From: Burkholderiales bacterium
GTDB lineage: Bacteria; Pseudomonadota; Gammaproteobacteria; Burkholderiales; Usitatibacteraceae
NCBI GenBank assembly: GCA_043744255.1
Contig: JAYTVA010000062.1
Coordinates: 7,843 to 71,842 of the forward strand
Direction of reading: 5' to 3'
DNA: 64,000 nucleotides
This document shows, in pieces, positions 48,105-57,907 of the stretch. Position numbers and translations under genes: made by a program. The first letter of the stretch is position 1. Every line of letters begins with the position of its first letter. The notes beneath the pieces are model-generated. The model was not told where the DNA came from. It worked only from the letters and a program-made list of their open reading frames with translations, and ran no database searches.

Positions 48105-48965
48105 TTAATAGGCTGGGAACAATGCCAACACGCCATCGAGGCCAACGTGGTTGAAGGCGACCGTCGCCGCTGCCCGTACCACTGGCTTGGCGCGATACGC
48201 CACTGAGGTGCCCGCGACCGCCATCATCGGTAAATCATTCGCGCCGTCGCCCATGACCATGACTTGTTCGCGGCGCAATCCCAGTGCGGCTGCGGCTTCC
48301 TGTACATGCCGCGCCTTCGCGTCTGCGTCGCACAACACGCCCAGCACCCGCCCGGTGAGTTTGCCGTCGATTACTTCCAGCGTATTTGAAAACGCGAAAT
48401 CAAAACCGAGCCGAGCCTTCAGTCGCTCGGTGAAAAACGTGAAGCCGCCGGACACGAGCAGTAATTTGATGCCGTGTTTTTTTGCCGCGTGGAACAGTAT
48501 TTCTGCGCCGGGGGTTAATCGCAATCGCTGTTCGTACACGCGCGTGAGTACGCTCTCGGGTAGTCCGGCGAGCACGGCCACGCGCTGCCGCAAGCTGGTC
48601 GGCCAATCGAGTTCACCGCGCATGGCGGCTTCGGTGACGGCGGCTACTTCTGATTTCTTGCCCGCGAAATCCGCGATCTCGTCGATGCACTCAATGGTGA
48701 TGAGGGTCGAGTCCATGTCGGTGGCGATTAGGCCAAAGTCGTTTAGGGACGCGGTGTTTAGAGCAAATGCCCAATCGAGTTTGGCGCGCTCGCAGTGGGT
48801 CGTGACGGCGGCGGTAGTGGTTGGATCAGCCGTGAGTAGACGGAACGCCTGGTGCTGAAATGCACCGCTGATTTTTTCGATGCCGTTGGCGTGCGACAAG
48901 GCATGCAGGGTTTTCAAGTCCTGCGTTTCGATGTCGGGGGATTGGATGATGAGGTTGTGGGTCAT
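48105..48965 (-). CDS. serB: Phosphoserine phosphatase SerB (HAD family)
   Basis: HAD motif I ATDMDSTLI, motif II LVSGGF, motif III MGDGANDLPM. Start at MTHNLII; the longer track ORF reads through a REP element. Confidence 0.85.
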   Translation of the reverse strand: MTHNLIIQSPDIETQDLKTLHALSHANGIEKISGAFQHQAFRLLTADPTTTAAVTTHCERAKLDWAFALNTASLNDFGLIATDMDSTLITIECIDEIADFAGKKSEVAAVTEAAMRGELDWPTSLRQRVAVLAGLPESVLTRVYEQRLRLTPGAEILFHAAKKHGIKLLLVSGGFTFFTERLKARLGFDFAFSNTLEVIDGKLTGRVLGVLCDADAKARHVQEAAAALGLRREQVMVMGDGANDLPMMAVAGTSVAYRAKPVVRAAATVAFNHVGLDGVLALFPAY

Positions 48966-49016
48966 AAAAAATCGCTGGCAGCGCAGCTTGCTTGAGAGCG
49001 GTGGCGGGCGCGAGCT

Positions 49017-49099
49017 GTCTTCCCGGCGAAGGCCGGGATCCAATTTCGTCGTTCATCGTGCAGCGACGAAAATTGGGTTCCGGCCTTCGCCGGGAAGAC
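49017..49099. repeat. REP-like imperfect palindrome (about 35-nt arms) between serB and mfd
   Basis: gtcttcccggcgaaggccgggatccaatttcgtcg ... cgacgaaaattgggttccggccttcgccgggaagac. Confidence 0.7.
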
Positions 49100-49125
49100 A
49101 CTGGATACGGCGGGACTGTGCCCGT

Positions 49126-52100
49126 TCACCCCGCCAACTCCCGCAATATCTGCTTAATCTCCGCCACGCGCAATTTCACTTCGGCAATCGGTTTTTCAAT
49201 TCGCAACTTATCCTGTCCCGCCAGCCGATAGTGCTTTTTCTTTTGCACCAGCGCAATCACGCGTTGCGGCTCAATCGTCGTATCGGGGCCGAATTGTACG
49301 GTGATGGCGTTGCTGCTGGCGTCGATTTTGATGAGGTCGAGTGGCCGTCCCAATAAACGTAGCCGATGCGAATCGACCAGTGTTTGCGCGGCTTCCGGGA
49401 TGATGCCGAAGCGATCAACCAGTTCTTCGTGCAATTGATCGAGCCGGTCTTCGTCCTCGCAATTGGCGAGCCGCTTGTAAATCACCAGTCGCTCGTGCGG
49501 GTCACCGCAGTAGCTGTCGGGCAGCAGAGCGGGCGTGTGCAAATTGATTTCCGTGGCGACATTGAGCGGCCTCATGAGGTCGGGCTCTTTGCCGGATTTC
49601 AACGATTTCACCGCAGCGTTGAGCATGTCGGAGTAAAGCGTGAAGCCAATATCTTGAATGCCGCCGGACTGCGAATCGCCGAGCACTTCACCTGCGCCGC
49701 GAATTTCTAAATCGTGCATCGCAAGATAAAAACCAGCACCCAAATCCTCCATCATCTGAATCGCTTCGAGGCGTTTTTTGGAATTCAGCGTGAGCGCTTC
49801 GGGTGGCGGAGTGAGCAGGAAAGCATACGCCTGATGGTGTGAGCGACCGACGCGGCCACGTAACTGATGCAATTGCGCGAGGCCGAATTTATCGGCGCGA
49901 TGAATCACGATGGTGTTGGCAGTCGGGACATCGATGCCCGTTTCGATAATGGTTGAGCATAGCAGCACGTTCGATTTCTGGTGATAGAAATCGCGCATCA
50001 CGCGCTCCAGCTCACGCTCTGGCAACTGTCCATGCGCGACTGCGATGCGCGCTTCGGGCAACAACTTCTCCAGCTTCTCGCGCTGGTTCTGAATGGTCTC
50101 GACTTCGTTGTAGAGATAATAAGCCTGCCCGCCGCGCTTCAGCTCGCGCAACACCGATTCGCGCACGATGCCATCAGAGAGCGTGTGCACAAAGGTTTTG
50201 ATCGACAAGCGTCGCTGCGGGGCGGTGGCGATCACTGAAAAATCGCGCAGGCCTTCGAGCGACATCGCCAACGTGCGCGGAATCGGCGTGGCGGTGAGCG
50301 TCAGTACATCGACTTCCGCCCGCAACGTCTTCAACACTTCTTTTTGTCGCACGCCAAAGCGATGCTCTTCGTCGATGATGACGAGTCCCAAATTCTTGAA
50401 CACCACATCTTTTTGAATCAGCTTGTGGGTACCAATCGCAATGTCGGCGGTCCCGTCTGCCAACGCCTTCAAGGCCACCGTTGTCTCCTTGGCGGTGCGA
50501 AAGCGCGAGAACTCGACAATCTTCACCGGCCACTCAGCGAAGCGATCTGAGAAATTTTGAAAGTGTTGTTCGGCAAGTAGCGTGGTCGGCACCAAGATCG
50601 CCACTTGCTTGCCTGCGTTCACCGCGATGAACGCGGCACGCAATGCGACCTCGGTTTTGCCAAAGCCTACGTCACCACAAACCAAGCGATCCATTGGTTG
50701 CCCACTCGTCATGTCCGCCATCACCGCCTTGATGGCGGTGGCTTGATCGGGCGTTTCTTCAAACGGGAAGGTGGCGGAGAAGGCGTCGAATTCATTTAAT
50801 TTCAACGGGAATGCGAAGCCTTGTCGCGCCGCGCGGCGTGCGTAGAGGTTCAGCAATTCGGCCGCCGTGTCGCGCACCTGTTGCGCCGCACGCCGCTTGG
50901 CGCGTTCCCATTGGCCGGAGCCGAGTTTGTGTAGCGGCGCGTTTTCTGGGTTGGCACCGGTGTAGCGCGAGATCACCGAGAGTTGCGACACCGGCACAAA
51001 TAATTTGTCGCTGCCGTCGTAATGCAGCTCCATGAATTCCATGCTGCCTTCGCCGAGATCCATGTTGACGAGGCCCATGTAGCGGCCGATACCGTGCGCG
51101 GAGTGCACGACTGGATCGCCGAGGTTGACCTCGGCCAAATCGCGCAACATGCCTTCCGCGTTTGGACGCGATTTGTCGCGGCGGCGGGTCTGTTTGACCT
51201 CGCTCGCGTACAACTCGTTTTCGGTGACGATGGCGAGTTGTTCATCGCGCAACACGAAGCCTGCTTGTAGTGGCGAGGCGGTGATGACGAGTGGTTCGCT
51301 AGATAAATGCAAGCCGCCAAAGTCAAGCACTGGCGCGGCTTTCAGGCCATTTTCGGCAAGGAACTGGGCGACCGTTTCACGGCGACCCAAGCTCTCGGTG
51401 TTGACTAAAACGCGACCGGCGAAACCAGCAATGAAGTTGCGAAAACGCGCGACCGGGTCAGTCGCTTTTCGATCCACTTCAATCGCGGGTAGCGCGTCGG
51501 TGTTGGCGAACTGTTGCTCGACTGTGGCGAAGCGTTTTACACCTGCGAACAACTCATTGGTCGGCAGAAAAATATCCGCGGGTGGCAACAGCGGATGATC
51601 TTTGTCGCCGCGCAGCATGTCGTAGCGCGATTTCGCGTCCGACCAAAACGCGTCGGCGGCAGCCTCGATGTCGCCATGCGTGAACACGTGCGCGCTGGCA
51701 GGCAGGTAATCAAATACGGTGGCGGTCGCATCAAAAAAAAGCGGCAAATAATATTCCACACCATTCGGTGCCATGCCGGCCGAAACGTCTTTATACATGC
51801 GGCGTTTGGTCGGATCGCCCTCGAAGCGATCACGAAAATTTTCGCGGAAACGATGCTGACCTTCTTTATCCAACGGGAACTCGCGCGCGGGCAGCAAACG
51901 AATTTCGTTGACTGGATAAATGCTGCGCTGCGTGTCCACATCGAACGTGCGGATCGCCTCGATTTCATCGCCGAATAGATCAATCCGATATGGCACCGGG
52001 CTACCCATCGGGAACAAATCAATCAGCCCACCGCGCACGGCGTATTCACCCGGCGCCATCACCTGCGTGGTGTTCGAGTAACCTGCCGCGACCAAATCGG

Positions 52101-52488
52101 CGCGCATCGCTTCCAGATCGAGCTTGGTTTTGGTGCGCAAATAAAACGAGCGGCCGACCACGTACTCGCGGGGCGCGAGACGTGTCATGGCCGTGGTCAC
52201 CGGCACGATGCCGACATCGAATGCGCCCTGCGAAAACTGATACAACGTCGCCAAGCGCTCGGACACCAAATCGGGATGCGGCGAAAAATGATCGTAAGGC
52301 AGCGTCTCCCAATCGGGCAGACGGTTCACGCGCAGACTCGGTGCAAGCCATGCAATCTCTGCCGTGAGTCGCTCGGCATCCTGCGCGCTTGCGGCGAGGA
52401 TAAAGAGCGGCTTGGTGGTGCTGGCAAATCGCGCGAGGAACAACGCGTCGGCGGAACCGACCGGGGAATTATTGGCGGGCGGGTTCAT
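49126..52488 (-). CDS. mfd: Transcription-repair coupling factor Mfd
   Basis: 1120 aa. Helicase motifs CGDVGFGKTE and IIDEEHRFG. UvrB-homology N-terminus and TRG-type C-terminus. Confidence 0.95.
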   Translation of the reverse strand: MNPPANNSPVGSADALFLARFASTTKPLFILAASAQDAERLTAEIAWLAPSLRVNRLPDWETLPYDHFSPHPDLVSERLATLYQFSQGAFDVGIVPVTTAMTRLAPREYVVGRSFYLRTKTKLDLEAMRADLVAAGYSNTTQVMAPGEYAVRGGLIDLFPMGSPVPYRIDLFGDEIEAIRTFDVDTQRSIYPVNEIRLLPAREFPLDKEGQHRFRENFRDRFEGDPTKRRMYKDVSAGMAPNGVEYYLPLFFDATATVFDYLPASAHVFTHGDIEAAADAFWSDAKSRYDMLRGDKDHPLLPPADIFLPTNELFAGVKRFATVEQQFANTDALPAIEVDRKATDPVARFRNFIAGFAGRVLVNTESLGRRETVAQFLAENGLKAAPVLDFGGLHLSSEPLVITASPLQAGFVLRDEQLAIVTENELYASEVKQTRRRDKSRPNAEGMLRDLAEVNLGDPVVHSAHGIGRYMGLVNMDLGEGSMEFMELHYDGSDKLFVPVSQLSVISRYTGANPENAPLHKLGSGQWERAKRRAAQQVRDTAAELLNLYARRAARQGFAFPLKLNEFDAFSATFPFEETPDQATAIKAVMADMTSGQPMDRLVCGDVGFGKTEVALRAAFIAVNAGKQVAILVPTTLLAEQHFQNFSDRFAEWPVKIVEFSRFRTAKETTVALKALADGTADIAIGTHKLIQKDVVFKNLGLVIIDEEHRFGVRQKEVLKTLRAEVDVLTLTATPIPRTLAMSLEGLRDFSVIATAPQRRLSIKTFVHTLSDGIVRESVLRELKRGGQAYYLYNEVETIQNQREKLEKLLPEARIAVAHGQLPERELERVMRDFYHQKSNVLLCSTIIETGIDVPTANTIVIHRADKFGLAQLHQLRGRVGRSHHQAYAFLLTPPPEALTLNSKKRLEAIQMMEDLGAGFYLAMHDLEIRGAGEVLGDSQSGGIQDIGFTLYSDMLNAAVKSLKSGKEPDLMRPLNVATEINLHTPALLPDSYCGDPHERLVIYKRLANCEDEDRLDQLHEELVDRFGIIPEAAQTLVDSHRLRLLGRPLDLIKIDASSNAITVQFGPDTTIEPQRVIALVQKKKHYRLAGQDKLRIEKPIAEVKLRVAEIKQILRELAG

Positions 52489-52495
52489 CTAGGTT

Positions 52496-52566
52496 GTAGG
52501 GTGGGCAACGCATAGCGTACCCACGCGGACATTCGCGGTAGGCGCGCTGTGCGTTGCCCACCGTAC
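52496..52566. repeat. REP-like inverted repeat between mfd and the fumarase gene
   Basis: gtagggtgggcaacgca ... tgcgttgcccaccgtac (one mismatch). Confidence 0.6.
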
Positions 52567-52642
52567 CGGATTAGTGAGCTGCATCATTCGAAAATATTCG
52601 TGGAAACGCCCGCCTGGCGGGGACTTTCAGCCATTGATCGAA

Positions 52643-54166
52643 TCAAACGACCACGACCGGAATCTTGCCAATCTTCGCGCGCCACTCCGCGGGTCCGGTG
52701 CGATGCACGGCGTTGCCGGTCGAATCAACGGCGACCGTGACCGGCATATCTTTAACCTCGAATTCGTAAATCGCTTCCATGCCAAGATCACCAAACGCCA
52801 CCAAGCGTGAGGCTTTGATCGCTTTCGACACCAGATACGCCGCGCCACCCACCGCTATGAAATAAGTCGCCTTGTGCTTCTTAATTTCTTCAATCGTCGC
52901 CGTGCCACGCTCGGATTTGCCGATCATGCCGATGAGCCCAGTTTTCTCCAGCATGGTCGCCGAGAATTTATCCATACGTGACGAGGTGGTGGGGCCGGCC
53001 GGGCCGACGACTTCATCGCGCACCGGGCTGACCGGGCCGACGTAATAAATCAGGCGACCAGTCAAATCGACCGGCAGCTGTTCGCCGCGCGCGATCATGT
53101 CCACCAAGCGACGGTGTGCGGCATCGCGACCAGTAAGAATTTTTCCCGAGAGCAACACACGATCACCGGAGCGCAGCGAACCCAATTCTTCGCGCGAAAT
53201 ACCGTCGATGTTGACGCGCTTGGAGGTGGCGAAATCGAGTGTGAGCTTCGGCCAGTCTTCGAGCGAAGGCGGCGTCAACACGGCAGGGCCGGAACCATCG
53301 AGCGTGAAATGAATATGGCGGGTCGCAGCGCAGTTTGGCAGCAACGCAACCGGTTTAGAGGCTGCGTGCGTCGGGTAGTCCGTGACCTTCACGTCCAGTA
53401 CGGTGGACAGTCCGCCAAGCCCCTGTGCGCCAATGCCCAGCGCATTCACCTTCTCAAAAATTTCCAAACGCAATTCATCGGCACGATTCGCTGGCCCACG
53501 CGCCTGCAACTCATGAATGTTCATCGGCTCCATCATTGCCCACTTCGCCATCAGCATCGCTTTTTCCGGCGATCCGCCGATGCCGAGTGACAATAATCCC
53601 GGCGGGCACCAGTCGGCACCCATGGTCGGCACCACTGACAGCACCCAATCGACGATGTTGTCGGACGGCAGCAGCATCGCGAATTTTGATTTGTTCTCGC
53701 TACCGCCACCTTTGGCCGCGACGATCACTTCGACTTTATTGCCGGGCACCAGCTCAACGTGGGTCACGCCGGGCGTGTTGTCGCCGGTGTTCTTGCGCGC
53801 ACCATCGGGGTCGGTCAGCATCGAGCCGCGTAGAGGATTGTTGACGTCGGTATAGGCGCGGCGCACGCCCTCGTTGACCATTTGTTCCAAAGATAGCGAT
53901 GCGTCAAAACGAACATCCATGCCCACGCGCACGAACGCGATGCAAATGCCCGTGTCCTGACAAATCGGCCGATGACCTTCAGCCGCCATGCGCGAATTGA
54001 TGAGGATCTGCGCCATCGCATCTTTCGCCGCTGGCGACGCTTCGCGGTTGTACGCCTCCGTCAATACCTTAATGTAGTCGGTGGGGTGGTAGTAGCTGAT
54101 GTACTGAAACGCATCGGCGACTGAAGCGATGAAGTCTTCTTGCTTGATGATGGTTTGTGGGGACAT
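52643..54166 (-). CDS. fumA: Class I (Fe-S) fumarate hydratase
   Basis: 507 aa from MSPQTIIKQEDF. RPICQDTGI, GGGSENK and C-terminal beta-subunit-like GKSERG..AVGGAAYL. The upstream part of the 594-aa track ORF overlaps the next gene. Confidence 0.9.
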   Translation of the reverse strand: MSPQTIIKQEDFIASVADAFQYISYYHPTDYIKVLTEAYNREASPAAKDAMAQILINSRMAAEGHRPICQDTGICIAFVRVGMDVRFDASLSLEQMVNEGVRRAYTDVNNPLRGSMLTDPDGARKNTGDNTPGVTHVELVPGNKVEVIVAAKGGGSENKSKFAMLLPSDNIVDWVLSVVPTMGADWCPPGLLSLGIGGSPEKAMLMAKWAMMEPMNIHELQARGPANRADELRLEIFEKVNALGIGAQGLGGLSTVLDVKVTDYPTHAASKPVALLPNCAATRHIHFTLDGSGPAVLTPPSLEDWPKLTLDFATSKRVNIDGISREELGSLRSGDRVLLSGKILTGRDAAHRRLVDMIARGEQLPVDLTGRLIYYVGPVSPVRDEVVGPAGPTTSSRMDKFSATMLEKTGLIGMIGKSERGTATIEEIKKHKATYFIAVGGAAYLVSKAIKASRLVAFGDLGMEAIYEFEVKDMPVTVAVDSTGNAVHRTGPAEWRAKIGKIPVVVV

Positions 54167-54177
54167 GGTCGTACTCT

Positions 54178-54771
54178 CTAGAAATGGTCGCGGGTAGGTG
54201 TGTCGTGTGCGGGAGCGGTGCGTGGCGCATCCATGATGCGGTCGATCCACGCAATCGAAAGGGCGGAGAGAATGAAGGCGATATGGATGATGGTTTGCCA
54301 CATCAAGGTGTGGGTGGTCATCTCGGATGCGTTGATGAATGACTTCAGCAGGTGAATCGAAGAGATGCCGATGATCGCGGTGGCGAGTTTGACCTTGAGC
54401 ACCGCCGCATTGACATGCGAAAGCCATTCCGGCTGATCGGGGTGACTCTCAAGGTTCATGCGCGAGACGAAGGTTTCATAGCCACCCACGATCACCATGA
54501 TGAGTAGGTTCGAGATCATCACGACGTCGATCAGGCCGAGCACGAGCAACATGATTTGCGCTTCGGTGAACTTTGCGCCCGCGCCGAAAAATACGCCATG
54601 GACAAGGTGCACCAATTCCACGCCGAATTGATAAACATAAATCGCCTGCGCGACGATCAATCCAAGATAGAGCGGCAACTGCAACCACCGGCTCATGAAA
54701 ATAAGGTTGGGCAGGGGCTTCAGGGGGCGGGCGTGCTTTGGTTCGTTCGCAGGGGTCATTGGATTCGCCAA
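54178..54771 (-). CDS. UPF0114 (YqhA-like) membrane protein
   Basis: FMSRWLQLPLYLGLIVAQAIYVYQF... and four hydrophobic helices. Confidence 0.7.
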   Translation of the reverse strand: MANPMTPANEPKHARPLKPLPNLIFMSRWLQLPLYLGLIVAQAIYVYQFGVELVHLVHGVFFGAGAKFTEAQIMLLVLGLIDVVMISNLLIMVIVGGYETFVSRMNLESHPDQPEWLSHVNAAVLKVKLATAIIGISSIHLLKSFINASEMTTHTLMWQTIIHIAFILSALSIAWIDRIMDAPRTAPAHDTPTRDHF

Positions 54772-54822
54772 AAATAGTGAAGCCCGGCAAACGCAGTTTG
54801 CCGGGCAAAAGAAGGGCTGTAC

Positions 54823-56442
54823 TTACGCGGATCGGGAAATCGCCAGGGCAGGCGCGATTTCTCTACGCAAAATTTTACCATTCTTGGTTCGCGGGAAATC
54901 CTTCGCGAGGTACACGCGCTTGGGTGCTTTGTACGCGGCGAGGTGCTGTTGCCCGAACCCCAGCAACTCATCCGCGCTCACGGTTTGCCCCGGTTGCGCG
55001 ATCACGTAGGCCGCGACGATCAGTTTGTCTTTCTCGATCTCCTCGCCCACGCACGCGCAATCAGCGACCCCCGGATGCGATTTCAATACGCGCTCCACCT
55101 CGTAGGGCGAGACGCGATAGCCGAAACTCTTGATGATGTCGTCGCGTCGGCCGAGGAACCAGAGGTAGCCATCCTGGTCGATCTTGGCGTAATCACCGGT
55201 GAAGAAGTAGCCGTGATGCTTGTACTTCGCGGTTTCTTCATCTAGGTTCCAGTAGCGCAGGAACAAGCCCGGGTCGTCCTCGGAAATGGCGATCATGCCC
55301 TCGTCGCCTGCGGCCACTTCGACGCGCGTTTCTGGGTCGAGCAGTTTAACGTCGTGCCCCGGCTGTGGAAACCCTGCGGAACCGGCGCGGATCGGGCGAT
55401 GTACCGATTGCGAGAGGTAGTATGAGAACTCGCTCATGCCAACGGCTTCGTAAATGTCTAGCCCGAATCGCTCGCGCCACGCGTTGAGCATATCGTCGGA
55501 CAAATGCTCGCCCGCGCTCATGCAAAAACGAAGTGAGGGCACATCGACCTTGGTGGTCGTGGTCTTTTGCACAATCTGGCGATAGACGGTGGGCACACCG
55601 ATGAAGATCGTCGCTTGATGTTTTGCGATCAAGCGCGTCCACAGATTCGCATCGTTCTTGCCCTCGTGCACGATCACGGTCTTACCGAGGTACAGCGGGT
55701 CCATCAAGCCCGAACCCAGCACATAGGTCCAATTGAATTTTCCAGAATGCAAGATGCGGTCAACGTTGTTGGGGTCAAAGTTGAACCAGTATTGCGAGGC
55801 TGGCTCGCGGCCGATCAACGCGCGATGCGCATGCAACACACCCTTGGGATACCCGGTGGTACCGCTGGTGTAGACCAGATACGCAGGATCACTCGCGTGC
55901 GTCGCGTGCGGTGCCGACCAGGCCGTGATGGCATCGAGTGCGGGGGTGAGATCGTGGACCGCATGTGCGGCACTTTCAACGATCTCACCTTGTCCGGAAA
56001 GCAGTACCAGCGCGGCGTTTGGGGCATCGGCCATGCGCGGAACCATCTGCGGCCAGAACGATTTGTCCATCACCAATACCTTCGCCCCAGAGTCCTTGGC
56101 GAGATACAACACTTCTTCGGCCGTCAGTAGCGTGGAGGTCGGCACGGCGATGCAACCGGCCTTCATCGCGCCCAAAAATGCGGTTGGGTAGTCGATGCCG
56201 TTGGGCAAACGAATCAACACACGATCACCGGGCACGATGCCGTTTTTGCGTAGCAACTGCGCGAATTGGCTGGTGCGGTCGGCGAGTTGGCCGTAGGTGA
56301 TGGCGGTGGTGCCCAGCACGTCATCCTCAACAATCATCGCTGTGCACTGCTCGATCTCGGTGCCGAGGTGGGCATCGGTGCAGGCGCTGCCGATGTTGAA
56401 AAAGGCGGGGACTTGCCAAGTCCATTTGGGGAAGGAGGTCAT
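54823..56442 (-). CDS. AMP-forming acyl-CoA synthetase/ligase
   Basis: LVYTSGTTGYPKGV (AMP-binding P-loop), YFFTGDYA, and C-terminal PRTKNGKILRRE. Confidence 0.85.
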   Translation of the reverse strand: MTSFPKWTWQVPAFFNIGSACTDAHLGTEIEQCTAMIVEDDVLGTTAITYGQLADRTSQFAQLLRKNGIVPGDRVLIRLPNGIDYPTAFLGAMKAGCIAVPTSTLLTAEEVLYLAKDSGAKVLVMDKSFWPQMVPRMADAPNAALVLLSGQGEIVESAAHAVHDLTPALDAITAWSAPHATHASDPAYLVYTSGTTGYPKGVLHAHRALIGREPASQYWFNFDPNNVDRILHSGKFNWTYVLGSGLMDPLYLGKTVIVHEGKNDANLWTRLIAKHQATIFIGVPTVYRQIVQKTTTTKVDVPSLRFCMSAGEHLSDDMLNAWRERFGLDIYEAVGMSEFSYYLSQSVHRPIRAGSAGFPQPGHDVKLLDPETRVEVAAGDEGMIAISEDDPGLFLRYWNLDEETAKYKHHGYFFTGDYAKIDQDGYLWFLGRRDDIIKSFGYRVSPYEVERVLKSHPGVADCACVGEEIEKDKLIVAAYVIAQPGQTVSADELLGFGQQHLAAYKAPKRVYLAKDFPRTKNGKILRREIAPALAISRSA

Positions 56443-56495
56443 CGGTTTCTGGTTGTTGTTTCGGTATGGGATTTCATGCAGGTGGCAAGTAACGA

Positions 56496-57662
56496 TTACA
56501 AAATCACGCCGTACGGCCAGTTCTCCCGAACTACTTGGGCGGGCAGCTTCTTCAACACTTCAATCGCAAACGCGGAGCCGTCGTCGCTCAACGCATGCAA
56601 GGCATGCGCCCGCAATAGCGTCTGTAACGCTTTACCAAACATCGGCGGATCAAGCATTTCACCGTTGAATTTGATCGCACCGCCGAGCAGCGCGTCCGCT
56701 TCAATGGCTGCGGTCAAAATCGCGATCTTGGTCTTCGTGTCAGTGGGCGAGGGCGTGTAAGCGACCTTGCAGGGGTGAATGTGCGATGGATGAATCACCT
56801 GCTTACCAGTCATGCCCATCGCCGATTCCTCACACGCATGTTTGTAGACCACACGTGATTCTTCGTCGCCGTGCAAATCGAGCCATCTCCGCACATCATC
56901 CGGCTCAACAAAATTTTCCGGCATGGCGGAGTTGCCGATTAGCGTTTCAACGCCGCCGATCACGCCCTTACCGGCGATACGCGCTTCGAACAGCACTTGA
57001 TTCATGAAGTACGCCAATTCAATGGTCCAATTGCGCGGCGTGATTTGAATGCCCATCGCTTTGGAGAAATCGTGAATGCCAAACACGACGTGTTTGACGG
57101 TGTTGTATTGCATCAAGTCGGGTGCGATTTTGAGTGACTTTGGGTGCTCGATAATCGGCTGGATCGTCATGCGGTGGTTGAGGCCGACCAGCACGGCGGA
57201 GAGGTCGCGAATCTCTGGAGAGCCATACGCCTCGCCCGCTTTGGCCAACATCACGACGTCGATGTGGTCAGATAAATCGCGGATGAGTTGCAAATCTTTT
57301 TCGTATTCTTCAGTGCGAAACGGGTTGATCCGCAACGCCACTTGCACCTCTTTACGGCGCGGCATGTGCGGCAGTTCCAGACGCAGCAATTCGCGCGACA
57401 TTTCCTTTTGACGGCAGCCATCTTCCAGATCAAAAATCAGCGTGTGCGAGGGGGTTTTCCACGCGTGCTTTTTGAAACGCAGTGAGGCCTGCGCCAGATC
57501 TTCATACAGCCCCAGCGCGGGTGCGTACTTCACCGGCGGGTAGTAAATTTGGATGCCTGGCCAGTAGTCGCCGAGCAGCGCGGTAGAGGTAGTGGGGTCG
57601 TTCAAGTCGGCGAGGTTGCTCATGGTCGTTTGCGCTTTGGAGATCGGTGAAAATGCGGTCAA
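56496..57662 (-). CDS. HpcH/HpaI aldolase / citrate-lyase beta (CitE)-like protein
   Basis: LIFDLEDGC and the downstream IEHPKS pattern are typical of CitE/malyl-CoA-lyase-like folds. Start uncertain (M1 or M14). Confidence 0.65.
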   Translation of the reverse strand: MTAFSPISKAQTTMSNLADLNDPTTSTALLGDYWPGIQIYYPPVKYAPALGLYEDLAQASLRFKKHAWKTPSHTLIFDLEDGCRQKEMSRELLRLELPHMPRRKEVQVALRINPFRTEEYEKDLQLIRDLSDHIDVVMLAKAGEAYGSPEIRDLSAVLVGLNHRMTIQPIIEHPKSLKIAPDLMQYNTVKHVVFGIHDFSKAMGIQITPRNWTIELAYFMNQVLFEARIAGKGVIGGVETLIGNSAMPENFVEPDDVRRWLDLHGDEESRVVYKHACEESAMGMTGKQVIHPSHIHPCKVAYTPSPTDTKTKIAILTAAIEADALLGGAIKFNGEMLDPPMFGKALQTLLRAHALHALSDDGSAFAIEVLKKLPAQVVRENWPYGVIL

Positions 57663-57907
57663 AACCTACTGCGATGTTGATTCCACGTTACACCGATTGC
57701 TGCGGTGCGTCAATAACTCTTATATAAGACATAAGAGATATGCCGCGTGATACAATTCCCACCTACCGCTGGACGCGCCGCGAACATGCCGGACGGATTG
57801 CTTTCGTAGCGGTGGACACAATGCTTTGTGCTATAAATTGCCGTTCGTTCGCGTAGCCCAACATTTGCGCCATCCTCGGGCAAGCAAGATCAACAAGGAG
57901 AGCACCC

